From: Planctomycetota bacterium
GTDB lineage: Bacteria > Planctomycetota > Planctomycetia > Pirellulales > UBA7805
Direction of reading: 5' to 3'
DNA: 44,782 bases
Assembly: GCA_036153155.1 (NCBI GenBank)
Contig: JAYZMM010000080.1
Span: 1-44,782 of the forward strand
Part shown: piece after piece, positions 28,447-38,426 of the stretch
Position numbering within the stretch: the stretch's first letter is position 1
Layout: each line of letters opens with the position of its first letter
Position numbers and translations under genes: made by a program
Notes under the pieces: generated by a model
What the model saw: the letters and a program-made list of their open reading frames with translations, nothing else
Databases searched by the model: none
Told to the model about the DNA's origin: nothing

Positions 28447-29514
28447 TCAGCGCTCCTGATCCTCCATTAAAAATTCGTCAAGTGATTCTGCGATTATCTG
28501 ATGCTGCTTTGGATTCGCGTGAGGATCATACCCCAGCGTTAATTCCCTTTCAAAAACTCTTTTCTTTTCTCTCTCGCTAAGATTGTCCAAACCGAATCGC
28601 TCGGAACCCAAATCTAAGACCGTGCCATAGTTTAGAATCTTGCAGAGTTCGCTTAGCCGATCTGCGAGATACGTCTCTCCTGCCGAATCCGTGGGATTGA
28701 TCACAAGGAATATTATATTTGCCCGTTTTCGCCTTGCAGCCTCAACAGATCGCATCCAGTAAGATTCATTTTCCGACCACATTTTTTCTGCCATTTGCAG
28801 CGTGCGTGTGTGTGCCGTATTTACTTTTTCGCGAACCGGAAAAGGAATTAGGGCTCGCTTGATCAGGCGAAACTGTGCATTTAATTTGTTAATTAAATAT
28901 CGCACGAAAACAGTCTGGTCGCGAAGAAATTTACGTAGGCTGCTCTTACGGGCTACGTTCTTTGGCGGACCAAAATAACAATCGCCTACACTCGCCCGAA
29001 TAATGACAGTATCAACTTCGTGTACTTTTAGAATCCGATCGAGAGTCACAAGGTGGTGAAAAGGGCCATATCCTCCGGTCCCCGCGTTAACAACCTCAAT
29101 CGCGTCATTAGCAGTATTCCCGCGAAGTTTATGTTCAAGATTAGCTGCCCAGGTTTGATCATCTTCAATCCCAGGCCCCAGAACTTCTGAACTACCAATA
29201 GCAAGCATGATCTTTTTTGACCAATCGGTTTCGGGCCCGCGGTTACCTTCCGAATTGATTCTGATCGGTGGACTCGGAACTGAGTAATTTCCCTGCCACA
29301 CAATTGATTTTTGATCCGCACCAAATTTAAATCCCAGTTCTGAATCAAATTCATAAAAAACACTGGGAAGAAAATTTATCTGCATGTAAATCTCACCCAC
29401 AACCAGTGCAAATACGAAAGTGACCAAGAGCATAGGCAGGCAAGTCCACACCCATACCATAAAGGTTTTGGCTTGATCAAAACGCGATTCAGAACTGGAA
29501 GTAAATGAATTCAT
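28447..29514 (-). CDS. Membrane-anchored SGNH/GDSL-type hydrolase/acyltransferase, partner of the adjacent MBOAT (AlgJ/AlgX/PatB/DltD-like role)
   Basis: One N-terminal TM helix. Block I is AIGSSEV, block II is NAGTGGYGP and block V is YDPHANPKQHQIIAE. The start is ambiguous (29532, 29514 or 29460), and the first two overlap the MBOAT stop at 29489. Confidence 0.7.
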   Translation of the reverse strand: MNSFTSSSESRFDQAKTFMVWVWTCLPMLLVTFVFALVVGEIYMQINFLPSVFYEFDSELGFKFGADQKSIVWQGNYSVPSPPIRINSEGNRGPETDWSKKIMLAIGSSEVLGPGIEDDQTWAANLEHKLRGNTANDAIEVVNAGTGGYGPFHHLVTLDRILKVHEVDTVIIRASVGDCYFGPPKNVARKSSLRKFLRDQTVFVRYLINKLNAQFRLIKRALIPFPVREKVNTAHTRTLQMAEKMWSENESYWMRSVEAARRKRANIIFLVINPTDSAGETYLADRLSELCKILNYGTVLDLGSERFGLDNLSEREKKRVFERELTLGYDPHANPKQHQIIAESLDEFLMEDQER

Positions 29515-30931
29515 TGCCACCTTGTCTACCATAAATTATCCAAAACGAAACCAATACAGCATAGGCAAAGGACCTAATAAGCAGTGTTTTTTTCTGAAGA
29601 AAGAAGTGGTTTTCAGTTTTGTATTCGAAGCAATCTATCACAAGCAGAGGAGAAGTGTAAAAGAGAATGCTCCACAATAGGTCGAGTGATGATTGATTCA
29701 GACCGAGACCATTCTGGAATGAGAAAAGAAGTTGGTACATTTGCTCAAAACTGGTCAACGTTTTGACGCCATCGATCGTCTGGAATCCAGTACTACGGAA
29801 CAATAGCCACCCGAAGAGGGTTAACTGAAACATCACGAACCAATTTCGAAAACCCCGCATACTAAGTAGAGATTGACTGCTTTCTTCTCTTGCACCGTGA
29901 TAGAGCATGAGAATGCAACCGTGAAAAACACCCCACCAGACAAAGTTCCAGGATGCACCATGCCAGAGTCCGCCCAAGAACATGGTAATCGCTAGATTAA
30001 TATAGGTGCGAGTCGTTCCCCGTCTGTTTCCACCGAGAGGGATGTATAAATAGTCACGCAACCAGGTAGAAAGGCTGATATGCCACCGTCGCCAGAAATC
30101 ACTTGGATTCAATGCAAAATAAGGTTGATTGAAATTAAGCATCAAATCAAAACCCATGAGCTTAGCCAAACCTCTTGCAACATCGGAATATCCACTGAAA
30201 TCGCAATAAATTTGGAATGCGAAGGCCAGCGTACCTAAATAAACCTCTGCAACCATCGCATGGGCAGAATTCGCATAGATGCTGTCAACAATAGGCGCAA
30301 GATTATCTGCAACTGCAATTTTTTTGAATAAGCCCCAAAAAATCAGCCAGGAACCTTGCGATAATTGTTCCGCATTGAGTTTGCGAGGACGTTCTATCTG
30401 CGGGAGAAAATGTTTTGCGCGCTCGATGGGTCCCGCAACTAACTGCGGAAAAAAAGAAACAAACAGAGCAAAATTCAAAAGGTTTCGTGTCGGTTTCAGA
30501 TGACCGCGGTAAATATCGATCGTATACGACATCGTTTGAAACGTATAAAACGAAATCCCGACCGGTAAGACAATATTCAGCCAGAGGTTGCTCGGCATAA
30601 AACCAATTGCAATCAACAACTCTCTGAGATTTTCTGCAAAAAAGTCGTAATACTTGAAGAATCCCAAGAAGCCAAGATTGAATGTGAGGCTTGTAATCAA
30701 ATACGCTCGACGAACGCCAGTGCGATTGGCGTTGACGATTCCCTGTCCGCAGATGTAATCCACGATCGTTGAAATGACAATTAGCGACAGAAAACGCCAG
30801 TCCCATGCAGCGTAGAAATAGTAACTAGCAACAAGGAGAAGCGCATTCTGAAATCGCAGAAAGGGAAGCAGTAGATAGAGAGAATAGATTAGGGCGAAAA
30901 AGACCCAGAAGTCCCACGAGTTAAAAAGCAT
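29489..30931 (-). CDS. MBOAT family O-acyltransferase (AlgI/DltB/PatA-like)
   Basis: Polytopic membrane protein with the signature FWRRWHISLSTWLRDYLYIPLGGNR. The usual N-terminus MLFNSWDFW is at ATG 30931, and the ORF opens at 30946. Confidence 0.9.
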   Translation of the reverse strand: MLFNSWDFWVFFALIYSLYLLLPFLRFQNALLLVASYYFYAAWDWRFLSLIVISTIVDYICGQGIVNANRTGVRRAYLITSLTFNLGFLGFFKYYDFFAENLRELLIAIGFMPSNLWLNIVLPVGISFYTFQTMSYTIDIYRGHLKPTRNLLNFALFVSFFPQLVAGPIERAKHFLPQIERPRKLNAEQLSQGSWLIFWGLFKKIAVADNLAPIVDSIYANSAHAMVAEVYLGTLAFAFQIYCDFSGYSDVARGLAKLMGFDLMLNFNQPYFALNPSDFWRRWHISLSTWLRDYLYIPLGGNRRGTTRTYINLAITMFLGGLWHGASWNFVWWGVFHGCILMLYHGAREESSQSLLSMRGFRNWFVMFQLTLFGWLLFRSTGFQTIDGVKTLTSFEQMYQLLFSFQNGLGLNQSSLDLLWSILFYTSPLLVIDCFEYKTENHFFLQKKTLLIRSFAYAVLVSFWIIYGRQGGNEFIYFQF

Positions 30932-31035
30932 ATTTGCCCCATTCACATATGCAAAATACCCATTACCACTAGTGAGGGTACTCGGCTACTCGTCGTGAAA
31001 TGCCCTAAAACGCGTTAACCCAAGACTAACAACAG

Positions 31036-31120
<85 letters not shown>

Positions 31121-31190
31121 TCCTCCCGATCAACGAGGAAAATGTTTTGGAGATACATGAGTCTAGGTCGGCAGCCATAGAGTCGTCAAG

Positions 31191-32093
31191 TCAGCCAGAA
31201 ATCGGCTCTGCAATCTTCCATGCGGCCGACTCCAATTCCATTGCCAATCGACCCGTGAGAACCTCGATCAAATTCACTTCCGGATCTGAAAAAGGACGTG
31301 GATGTGTGTGGAAGATCCACACCGTACCCAGCACGGTTGTCGCTGTTGCCAGAGGGACACACACCGCAGCTTCAAAATCTATTTCCGGAACCTGCCAGAG
31401 TTCAAACATTTGCTTATTCGAAAGCACCACTGCATGGCCCAGCATTGCTTCCAGATCAGCCCTGGCTGTTTCCAGGTTTCTGGGCTCAGCGATGAGAGAG
31501 TCAATCGGGAGTCCCCACATTGTACGCAGTTGCAGAACGCTGGTTGCGTCATCAAGCACATACATTCCAGCCGCCGTGCAAGCGAGTGTTTCAACCATCG
31601 TTTGCAATACATGCTGCAAGTCCTGCTCCAAGTTTCCAATTCGCTTCCGAGAGGGTTGCAGCTGTTTTACCCCAATCTCTGACGCAAGCTGTTCTGCCGT
31701 GATTCTTGCTTTAAAATATTCGTCGAGCACCTCGCTCAGCTTTTCCGCAAGTTCCACATGGGCAGCACATTGTTCAGCGTTGCATGTGGTTTCCTTCGCG
31801 AGCAACTGCATGCGTACTGCATCTTGCGAGGAACCGACTGTTGCAGACCAAAGTGAGCTGGCATCAACGGGAGACGATTGCGCCGTCGAGGGTTCAAACG
31901 TAAGAACACTTCCAGTGGCCCGCGAAAACGCTTTGCAAAGCGATTCGCATACAGCAAAATGCGAGAATGCTGTTGGAATCAAGTCGCGCTGCGGTTCGTC
32001 ATAGACCGTCAAGCGAGGAGAGTTCAAGCTGCGCACGGCAATACCAGACAGGGGTGAGGGTAAATGGAAACGCCCATCATCCGTGACTGGCAC
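31191..32093 (-). CDS. GAF domain-containing protein
   Basis: The C-terminal ~160 aa (LQHVLQTMVETLACTAAGMYVLDD...AVCVPLATATTVLGTVWIFHTHPRPFSDPEVNLIEVLTGRLAMELE) has the GAF sequence pattern. The long plus-strand ORF 31147..32004 is a Ser/Ala/Cys-rich antisense shadow. Confidence 0.65.
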   Translation of the reverse strand: MPVTDDGRFHLPSPLSGIAVRSLNSPRLTVYDEPQRDLIPTAFSHFAVCESLCKAFSRATGSVLTFEPSTAQSSPVDASSLWSATVGSSQDAVRMQLLAKETTCNAEQCAAHVELAEKLSEVLDEYFKARITAEQLASEIGVKQLQPSRKRIGNLEQDLQHVLQTMVETLACTAAGMYVLDDATSVLQLRTMWGLPIDSLIAEPRNLETARADLEAMLGHAVVLSNKQMFELWQVPEIDFEAAVCVPLATATTVLGTVWIFHTHPRPFSDPEVNLIEVLTGRLAMELESAAWKIAEPISG

Positions 32094-32148
32094 CCTTTAC
32101 CATCGTCCGCAAAAGCAGCAATCCTCAATGAATTCCCAAAAAAAGAAG

Positions 32149-32430
32149 CTACTCAAGATGACTTTGCGGGGCCGGTGGCTCGAGGATTACACCTCTGAGA
32201 GTGACAGTTTTGGCCATCGGAATTTTGGGATCCTCTTCGAACTCAACCTCCTGGCCAACCTGCAAATCATCGAATGAATAGCCAGAAACTGCCTTTGCCG
32301 CAAAATAAAGATCCTCGCCCCCTTCTTCTGTTTGAACAAACCCATACCCTTTCGGCTGGCCGCTGCTATCGTTTGAAAAGCTGGACTGGAGGCTCAAGTG
32401 AACGATTTTTGTGATTTTACCGTTTGGCAT
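32149..32430 (-). CDS. Divergent cold-shock-domain-like (OB-fold) protein
   Basis: KGYGFV corresponds to RNP1 (KGFGFI), DLYFAA corresponds to RNP2 (DVFVHF), and LQVGQEVEFEE is CSD-like. A ~13-aa insertion lies between strand 1 and RNP1, and the protein has a Pro-rich tail. Confidence 0.5.
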   Translation of the reverse strand: MPNGKITKIVHLSLQSSFSNDSSGQPKGYGFVQTEEGGEDLYFAAKAVSGYSFDDLQVGQEVEFEEDPKIPMAKTVTLRGVILEPPAPQSHLE

Positions 32431-32530
32431 AATCAGTCCGTTTCTGTCGTTGGTTAACCGGAGAACGGCCGGCGATCGTGGGGGATTGTGCGCGATTGGA
32501 GCAGGGGCAAGAAAAATGCTGGCACCAGAG

Positions 32531-33220
32531 TCAACTGGCAGCGTACCGGACTTCGCGTTTCAGTCGTCGGACGAAGCCTCTTGCGGTTGCATAGTCGTTA
32601 GTGCCCATCTCGTTCATTTGCACCCGAAGTTCTTTTTCAATCCCATCGCAATCCCGATTCACTTGCTGATACGTTTGATAACTCAATCGACTTTTAGTTT
32701 CCGCCCGTTTGACGAATGCTTCATCGATCGGTTTTGTAAATTGAGCAAAAGCCGGAGCTTCTAACGCAATCGGCCAGGTGATTTGCCCGGTTACCGGATC
32801 GAGTTCGCTGCTGGTAAGTCTAGTGGGACGGCCCTCGGATCCGTATTGGAACAGGGCATCCTTTTCGTGCTGTTTTTTCTTTTCCGCGTAGTCACCAAAG
32901 CGGTTCTGCTTATTGATATTTTGAGTTTCAAAATAATCGGTCGCGAGCTGCTTGCGATTCTGCATGTCCATCGCGTTGGCCTGGGCGTTGTTGATTCTTG
33001 CCTGCGACACATCAAGCTGATACTGGCCCCTCGAGCGAGTCACCGCGGAGATCGCGTTGCCTTCGCCCTCGGCGACGGTAGAGGCGTGATAGCCCATGTT
33101 TCCGAAACCACCAAACCACTGTGCGGAAGCGTCGATTGGCAGAAGCATCCATGCGGTGCCTGCCAAGGTGAATAACACCGGTCTATGCATCATCATTGTC
33201 CCCGTTCTCACATAGCTCAC
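32531..33220 (-). CDS. Hypothetical secreted protein
   Basis: It has a signal-like N-terminus, HRPVLFTLAGTAWMLLPIDASAQ. I recognise no family. Several Met codons make the start uncertain. Confidence 0.55.
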   Translation of the reverse strand: MSYVRTGTMMMHRPVLFTLAGTAWMLLPIDASAQWFGGFGNMGYHASTVAEGEGNAISAVTRSRGQYQLDVSQARINNAQANAMDMQNRKQLATDYFETQNINKQNRFGDYAEKKKQHEKDALFQYGSEGRPTRLTSSELDPVTGQITWPIALEAPAFAQFTKPIDEAFVKRAETKSRLSYQTYQQVNRDCDGIEKELRVQMNEMGTNDYATARGFVRRLKREVRYAAS

Positions 33221-33399
33221 CGTAACGTAATCCCAAAAAACGAGCAGTTCGCGGGATGGAAACTCTCGTGTCGAGACACCAACTGGCTGACGCTGCCGGG
33301 TCTCATTTGCAAACCAATCGCTTTCTCTCTAGATTAAAGGGATTCCGACCTAGATGCAACTGTCAAATCACTGAAAACCTCAAGTAGCGGGTCCACACT

Positions 33400-35058
33400 A
33401 TGACGTCGAAATCGGCTTTTGCGGCTATTTTGTTTGCCATCACTTGCCTTCCTCTCTCCACATCCGCAGCCACCGATATTAGTGATCTGATCACGGCACT
33501 CGGTTCGGATAATGATGACACGGTGGAAAACGCGATTGAGGAAATTAGCCACTTGGGACCAAAAGGGGCCCCTGCTGTGCCAGCGCTCGTACGTTTGCTG
33601 AGGAATTCGAACCCGCACATCCGCGCACATGCGGCAATTGCACTCGGTCGGATGCGTAAGGCGGCCATTCCAGCAGTTTTGGTGCTGGCCCGAATGGTGA
33701 CCGATCCCGATGCAGACGTTCGCCATGCCGCACTCGACGCTTTAGCCGAGATCGAACCGGGTAAAAAAATGGTGGTGCCACTGCTGCTTAAAGCATTGAG
33801 GGATAAGGACAATACGGTTGTCAAACGGGCAGTGCATGCCCTGGCCGAACGGGGTAAAGAAATTGTCCCTGCGATGATTGAAGCACTCAAAGATGATCGG
33901 ACGGAGTTTTATGCGTTATTGGTCCTCCATGAGATAGGCCCTGATGCAAAAGATGCCGTACCTGCGATCTGTGATGTGCTACACGAAGCAAACGAGCCGT
34001 ATCAACGACAGGAAGCAGCTATGACCCTAGGGATGATCGGCCCCGGTGCGGCATCGGCCGTTCCTGATCTGATCACGCTGCTCGATGACCCCGAAATAGG
34101 CGTGCAACATGCCGCGGTTTTTGCCCTCGGCATGATTGGCCCTCCTGCAGCCCCCGCAGCTGAATCTATTCGTGAGCATCTCGATAGCGATGATCCCTTC
34201 TTCTGGGTCGCCGGAGCATGGGCCCTCGCGAAGATTTTTCCCGAGAACAAAAATATCAAAAAGACAACCGGACGATTTCTCGCCCAAATGCTTACCAGTC
34301 CTGATCACCACGTGCGGCGGATGGCCGCCCAGGCACTCCTGGATCTTAAACCCGGGGGGCAGATCACACTTCCCGCGTTAGAAGCTGCACTGGCAAACAG
34401 TGACCAAGGGGTTGTTAACGATACGCTGATCGCACTCAACGGTCTGGGAGAAAATGCGATTCCTGTTTTAATTAAAGGGCTCGACTACCCCGCAGCGCGA
34501 CCGCATGTTGCAGAAATTATTCAGCAGCTAGGGCCGGCCGCAGTCGCAACTGTGCCAGCTTTGCTCCGCGCCTATCAAAATGAAACTGACGTTGATACTC
34601 GGACCGGATTGCTGTTTGCCTTGGCTGAGGTCGGCCCGAAAGGCAAAGAAGTGATCGACGTGGCGATCAAAGGATCTGATGACGAAGATGAAGGAATTCG
34701 CTATGCGTCATTCTATGTTCTGGGCCAGATTGGTCCCGATGCCAAGGCGGCCACCGATGTCCTTAAATCGCATCTGGACGATGAAGACCAATATTATGCA
34801 GCGACTGCAGCCTGGGCATTGGCGCGGATTGACGAAGATGATCCAGAAGTGGTGGCGAAGGGAATTCCCCTGTTTATCGCTGCTCTAAAAAGCCCGAAGC
34901 CATTCGTTCGGCATGAAGCAGCCGACTCACTGGCTGAACTGGGTCCCCTGGCAAAATCAGCACTGCCCGCACTGCACGAGGCAGCAAAAGATCACGACCC
35001 GAGCGTTGCGGAGGCTGCACAACAGGCGATTCAGAGAATCAGTGGCATTGTCAGATAA
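33400..35058 (+). CDS. Exported HEAT-repeat protein (PBS-lyase HEAT-like repeats)
   Basis: A signal peptide (AAILFAITCLPLSTSAA) is followed by more than 10 repeats of the pattern A.PALi.lL.D.d..VR..Aa.ALg.iGP.A. Confidence 0.8.
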   Translation: MTSKSAFAAILFAITCLPLSTSAATDISDLITALGSDNDDTVENAIEEISHLGPKGAPAVPALVRLLRNSNPHIRAHAAIALGRMRKAAIPAVLVLARMVTDPDADVRHAALDALAEIEPGKKMVVPLLLKALRDKDNTVVKRAVHALAERGKEIVPAMIEALKDDRTEFYALLVLHEIGPDAKDAVPAICDVLHEANEPYQRQEAAMTLGMIGPGAASAVPDLITLLDDPEIGVQHAAVFALGMIGPPAAPAAESIREHLDSDDPFFWVAGAWALAKIFPENKNIKKTTGRFLAQMLTSPDHHVRRMAAQALLDLKPGGQITLPALEAALANSDQGVVNDTLIALNGLGENAIPVLIKGLDYPAARPHVAEIIQQLGPAAVATVPALLRAYQNETDVDTRTGLLFALAEVGPKGKEVIDVAIKGSDDEDEGIRYASFYVLGQIGPDAKAATDVLKSHLDDEDQYYAATAAWALARIDEDDPEVVAKGIPLFIAALKSPKPFVRHEAADSLAELGPLAKSALPALHEAAKDHDPSVAEAAQQAIQRISGIVR

Positions 35059-35108
35059 GCCTGAATCCAGCCCATTGATGTTCTCAATTATTTGCCGGCA
35101 TTTATTTG

Positions 35109-35426
35109 CTATTTGCCTGCATCGTCGCCGAGATGTTCATCCACCGCCTTTTTAACCGCGTCACGGAGATCTAGCGTCTCTTGACCGATGTTCTTGGAAG
35201 CCTGATTCAGCTGATTTTTAAAATCATCGGCAGCTTGCTTCGTATTTTCCTGGAGATCAGACGCTGCCTGCCCCGTCGCGTTAATCGTTTGGTCGATGGC
35301 GTTTCCGACCTGTTCCCCGACTGTCGGCTTTGGTTTCTCACAACCGGTAACCGCAAGGAACCCAAACGCGAGTCCTAATATGAAACCAGATTGCCAGTTG
35401 CGAAAACCATGGGTATTGCACTCCAT
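35109..35426 (-). CDS. Small lipoprotein with helical, polar repeat-like sequence
   Basis: The lipobox is FLAVTGC. The mature part is rich in Q/A/D/K with no family assignable. Confidence 0.55.
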   Translation of the reverse strand: MECNTHGFRNWQSGFILGLAFGFLAVTGCEKPKPTVGEQVGNAIDQTINATGQAASDLQENTKQAADDFKNQLNQASKNIGQETLDLRDAVKKAVDEHLGDDAGK

Positions 35427-35608
35427 CTCAGAAACTCCTTCATGCCTTACAGATTGGGTGTCAGGGCCGTAAACCGATCAAGCAGCGACTCTACGCTTCC
35501 AATAGTTAACCTAAAAAAGGGCAAGGAAACAATGGGCTCTTCATCCGAAATTGGCTGTGATGCGTTGCCACATTGCAAAGCGCCAGATACGATATGAGGC
35601 ATCTCATG

Positions 35609-35694
35609 GGCCGAGTGGCGGAATTGGCAGACGCACGGGACTTAAAATCCCGTGGGGGGTAACCCCCGTGAGGGTTCGATCCCCTCCTCGGCCA
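35609..35694 (+). tRNA. tRNA-Leu (anticodon TAA), type II with long variable arm
   Basis: GGCCGAG TG GCGGAATTGGCAGACGC A CGGGA CTTAAAA TCCCG TGGGGGGTAACCCCCGT GAGGG TTCGATC CCCTC CTCGGCC A. The acceptor stem is a perfect 7 bp. Confidence 0.9.
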
Positions 35695-35726
35695 TTTGTA
35701 GCCAAATCTTTTTGTTAAAATTCCGC

Positions 35727-37148
35727 ATGTCATATGATGCTGTCGTAGTAGGCTCTGGACCTAACGGACTCGCTGCCGGAATCACTCTGGCACAATCGGG
35801 CAAGAAGGTTTTGTTGCTCGAGGCCCGAAATCAAATCGGTGGGGGTATGCGTTCTGCCGAGTTGACACTTCCGGGATACGTTCACGATGTCTGCTCCGCG
35901 ATCCATCCGCTGGCAATGGCTTCACCTTTTTTTGCAAACTTACGTTTGGAAAATTTTGGTTTGGAGTGGATTGAACCAAGTGTACCACTTGTCCATCCCA
36001 TGCTCGATGGTTCATCAGCCGTCATGGAGCGTGACCTGATGCAATCAATCCTGGCGTTCGGGGAAGATGGGCCACGGTATCAGCGACTTATCGAACCGTT
36101 TGTGCAACGCGCCGACATCTTACTTCCTCAACTACTGAATCCTCCCTGGCCGATCGGTAACATTCGAGCGCTGACACGCTTTGCCATGAAAGGCTTTTCG
36201 TCTGCGGTATCGCTGCTCCAGAGAAACTTTACATCGCCTGCGATGCGCGGAATGTTTGCCGGAATGGCTGCCCATAGTGTCAGACCGCTTGAGAGTCCGC
36301 TTACCGGTGCGGTCGGTTTGTTGTTCTGCATCACAGCGCATGCCAGCGGTTGGCCCCTTCCGCGCGGCGGGTCGCATTCGATTGCTTCTGCGATGCGAGC
36401 GCTATTTGAAAGTCTCGGTGGTGAGGTTCAGATCGATACACCCATCGCGACTTTCGGCGACCTTCCACCATGTCAAGCAGTGTTATTTGACCTGGCACCA
36501 AGTGCGGTGAGTCGAATAGCCGGAGAGCAGCTACCTCCACGTTACAGAAAAACACTCGACCAGTTCCGTCATGGACCGGGCGTATTCAAGATTGATTGGG
36601 CACTCGATGGTGCGATCCCCTGGACCGATGAAAATGCGGCAAAGGCAGGTACCGTTCATGTGGGGGGCGACTGGGAGGAGATCGCAGAGTCGGAATCAGC
36701 GGTCTGGAAAGGCCAGATTCCAGAGCGACCCTTTGTGCTTCTAGCACAACAGAGCCTATTTGATCAAACGCGGGCCCCCGAAGGTAAACAGACCGGTTGG
36801 GCTTATTGCCATGTACCGCCGCGGTGCGACGAGGACATGACCGAACGCATCGAAGCACAGATCGAACGCTTCGCCCCAGGATTCCGCGACTTGATTTTAG
36901 CGCGGCACGTTTTTTCGCCAGCCGATTTCGAGGCCTACAATGCCAACTATATCGGCGGCGATATTACCGGAGGTGTTTTTGATTTAAAACAGTTCCTGGC
37001 TCGACCCGCATTGCGCCGATCCCCGTATACCACGCCCAATGAAAAAATTTATATCTGCTCGGCGTCTACCCCGCCGGGTGGAGGTGTGCATGGAATGTGT
37101 GGTTATCATGCTGCCCGAGCGGCTCTGGATCGGGTCCTCCTTGATTAA
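35727..37148 (+). CDS. NAD(P)/FAD-dependent oxidoreductase, phytoene desaturase (CrtI)-like family
   Basis: ATG 35727 gives MSYDAVVVGSGPNGLAAGITLAQSGKKVLLLEARNQIGGG, a dinucleotide-binding fold. The C-terminal motif is PPGGGVHG. The ORF-track start at 35652 overlaps the tRNA and is rejected. Confidence 0.8.
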   Translation: MSYDAVVVGSGPNGLAAGITLAQSGKKVLLLEARNQIGGGMRSAELTLPGYVHDVCSAIHPLAMASPFFANLRLENFGLEWIEPSVPLVHPMLDGSSAVMERDLMQSILAFGEDGPRYQRLIEPFVQRADILLPQLLNPPWPIGNIRALTRFAMKGFSSAVSLLQRNFTSPAMRGMFAGMAAHSVRPLESPLTGAVGLLFCITAHASGWPLPRGGSHSIASAMRALFESLGGEVQIDTPIATFGDLPPCQAVLFDLAPSAVSRIAGEQLPPRYRKTLDQFRHGPGVFKIDWALDGAIPWTDENAAKAGTVHVGGDWEEIAESESAVWKGQIPERPFVLLAQQSLFDQTRAPEGKQTGWAYCHVPPRCDEDMTERIEAQIERFAPGFRDLILARHVFSPADFEAYNANYIGGDITGGVFDLKQFLARPALRRSPYTTPNEKIYICSASTPPGGGVHGMCGYHAARAALDRVLLD

Positions 37149-37166
37149 ACCAATCATCACCTAGGG

Positions 37167-37188
37167 ACGCGGACTGCACGCGGACTGC
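37167..37188. repeat. Perfect tandem direct repeat, 2 x 11 nt (ACGCGGACTGC)
   Basis: Read directly from the sequence, in the 44-nt gap between the convergent genes ending at 37148 and 37193. Confidence 0.9.
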
Positions 37189-37192
37189 CACA

Positions 37193-38419
37193 CTAGCGAC
37201 AGCGAACGAGCGTCATGATCGCAAATGCGGTACCGTAGGGCTGATGATAGTCATAGAGCGGAAAGTCCCACCAGCAACCATCGCTTTCCTGCAGATCAAG
37301 TAGCAAATGAGCAAACTGGGCCTTGTAGAAATCTTGCTTCTCTTCTGGTAGCTCCAGCATGCACCCGGAGCCATAGTAGTAGGCGTAATACACGAAGTAA
37401 CCAGCCACCGCAAAGTATGATTCATGGGGAATAGGTCGTTTGCGGGCGAGGTCCAACCAGAGTTTACGAGCAAACAGTCGATCCAGCCAATCGATAAAAA
37501 CCTGATCTGTGACTGCCCGATCTCCGTCCCGATAGAGCGCGAGGTTGCATACCTGGCTCCGACCAAGACTTCCGCCCGGACGATTAATCGAATACATCGG
37601 CTTGTGCCAATGATGCGCACCGTACAGGTAGCTGAAGTCTGGTTTCCGCTGCCGCTTGATCGAACCGATTGCTTTGTCAGTGACCAAAGCAGGAACTTCA
37701 AATCCCGCCTTCCGCACTCGCTGAAGTTCGATTACACAGGTCGCTGCACTAAAACTGGTCACGATGCTCGACGGTCGCTTGGCACCCACCGTGAAGTCAT
37801 AATAGCCCCACCCACCGTTGACCGATTCATAGCGGGAAAGCAATTCAATCTGATCCCGCGTGTATTGTGCAAGTTGCTCTACCTTTTCCTTGTCTGCACC
37901 CGCTCGCTCCTGCAATAGAACCAGCGTTTGCAGGCTATAAGCGTGGGCCCAGATGTTATACAAGGCGGTCACATTGGCTCTGCGTACTCGCGGTAGCTCC
38001 TTGAGAATCCACGCTTCCCCACGATCGATCGCTTGCTGTACTTTCGGTCGCTGGTCGCCTGACTGAATCAGTGCAGTTACTGCCATGCAGGTTACGGCAG
38101 CACGAAAACCGTGATGCGCACCAGGAACCGGTGCATAAATATCAAGCGCTTTGGTACGCTTCGGGGACCCCCAAGAACCATTCTTGTTTTGTTTCTTGCA
38201 GAGATAATCGACACCACGCCGGATACTCTCCTCAACTTGCTCTACACCTGGATATTCCACGGCCGCCGGTCGTGGAATTTCGATATGCTTAGGAGGTCGG
38301 TAGGTGTCGATGGGCGCGAGCGGAGGCAGATCCGCGTCGGCAGCGTGGCTATCGGCTGCAACGGCCACACACAGTCCGAGCAGCATCGCAACACCCAGCA
38401 GCTTTCGTCTCGTGGGCAT
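37193..38419 (-). CDS. Exported prenyltransferase/squalene-oxidase-repeat (alpha/alpha-toroid, terpene-cyclase-fold) protein with Tat-like signal
   Basis: ATG 38419 gives MPTRRKLLGVAMLLGL, which has a twin-arginine-like motif. The repeats KQNKNGSWG, VNGGWGYYDF and QESDGCWWDF are typical of this fold. The gene starts 7 nt after the stop of the upstream MFP gene. Confidence 0.7.
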   Translation of the reverse strand: MPTRRKLLGVAMLLGLCVAVAADSHAADADLPPLAPIDTYRPPKHIEIPRPAAVEYPGVEQVEESIRRGVDYLCKKQNKNGSWGSPKRTKALDIYAPVPGAHHGFRAAVTCMAVTALIQSGDQRPKVQQAIDRGEAWILKELPRVRRANVTALYNIWAHAYSLQTLVLLQERAGADKEKVEQLAQYTRDQIELLSRYESVNGGWGYYDFTVGAKRPSSIVTSFSAATCVIELQRVRKAGFEVPALVTDKAIGSIKRQRKPDFSYLYGAHHWHKPMYSINRPGGSLGRSQVCNLALYRDGDRAVTDQVFIDWLDRLFARKLWLDLARKRPIPHESYFAVAGYFVYYAYYYGSGCMLELPEEKQDFYKAQFAHLLLDLQESDGCWWDFPLYDYHQPYGTAFAIMTLVRCR

Positions 38420-38426
38420 GGCAAGC

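Noticed and set aside
31147-32004. A 285-aa plus-strand ORF.
   Set aside because: It is antisense to the GAF-domain gene. Its Ser/Ala/Cys-rich low-complexity translation is typical of a shadow frame, whereas the minus-strand product has a recognisable domain.
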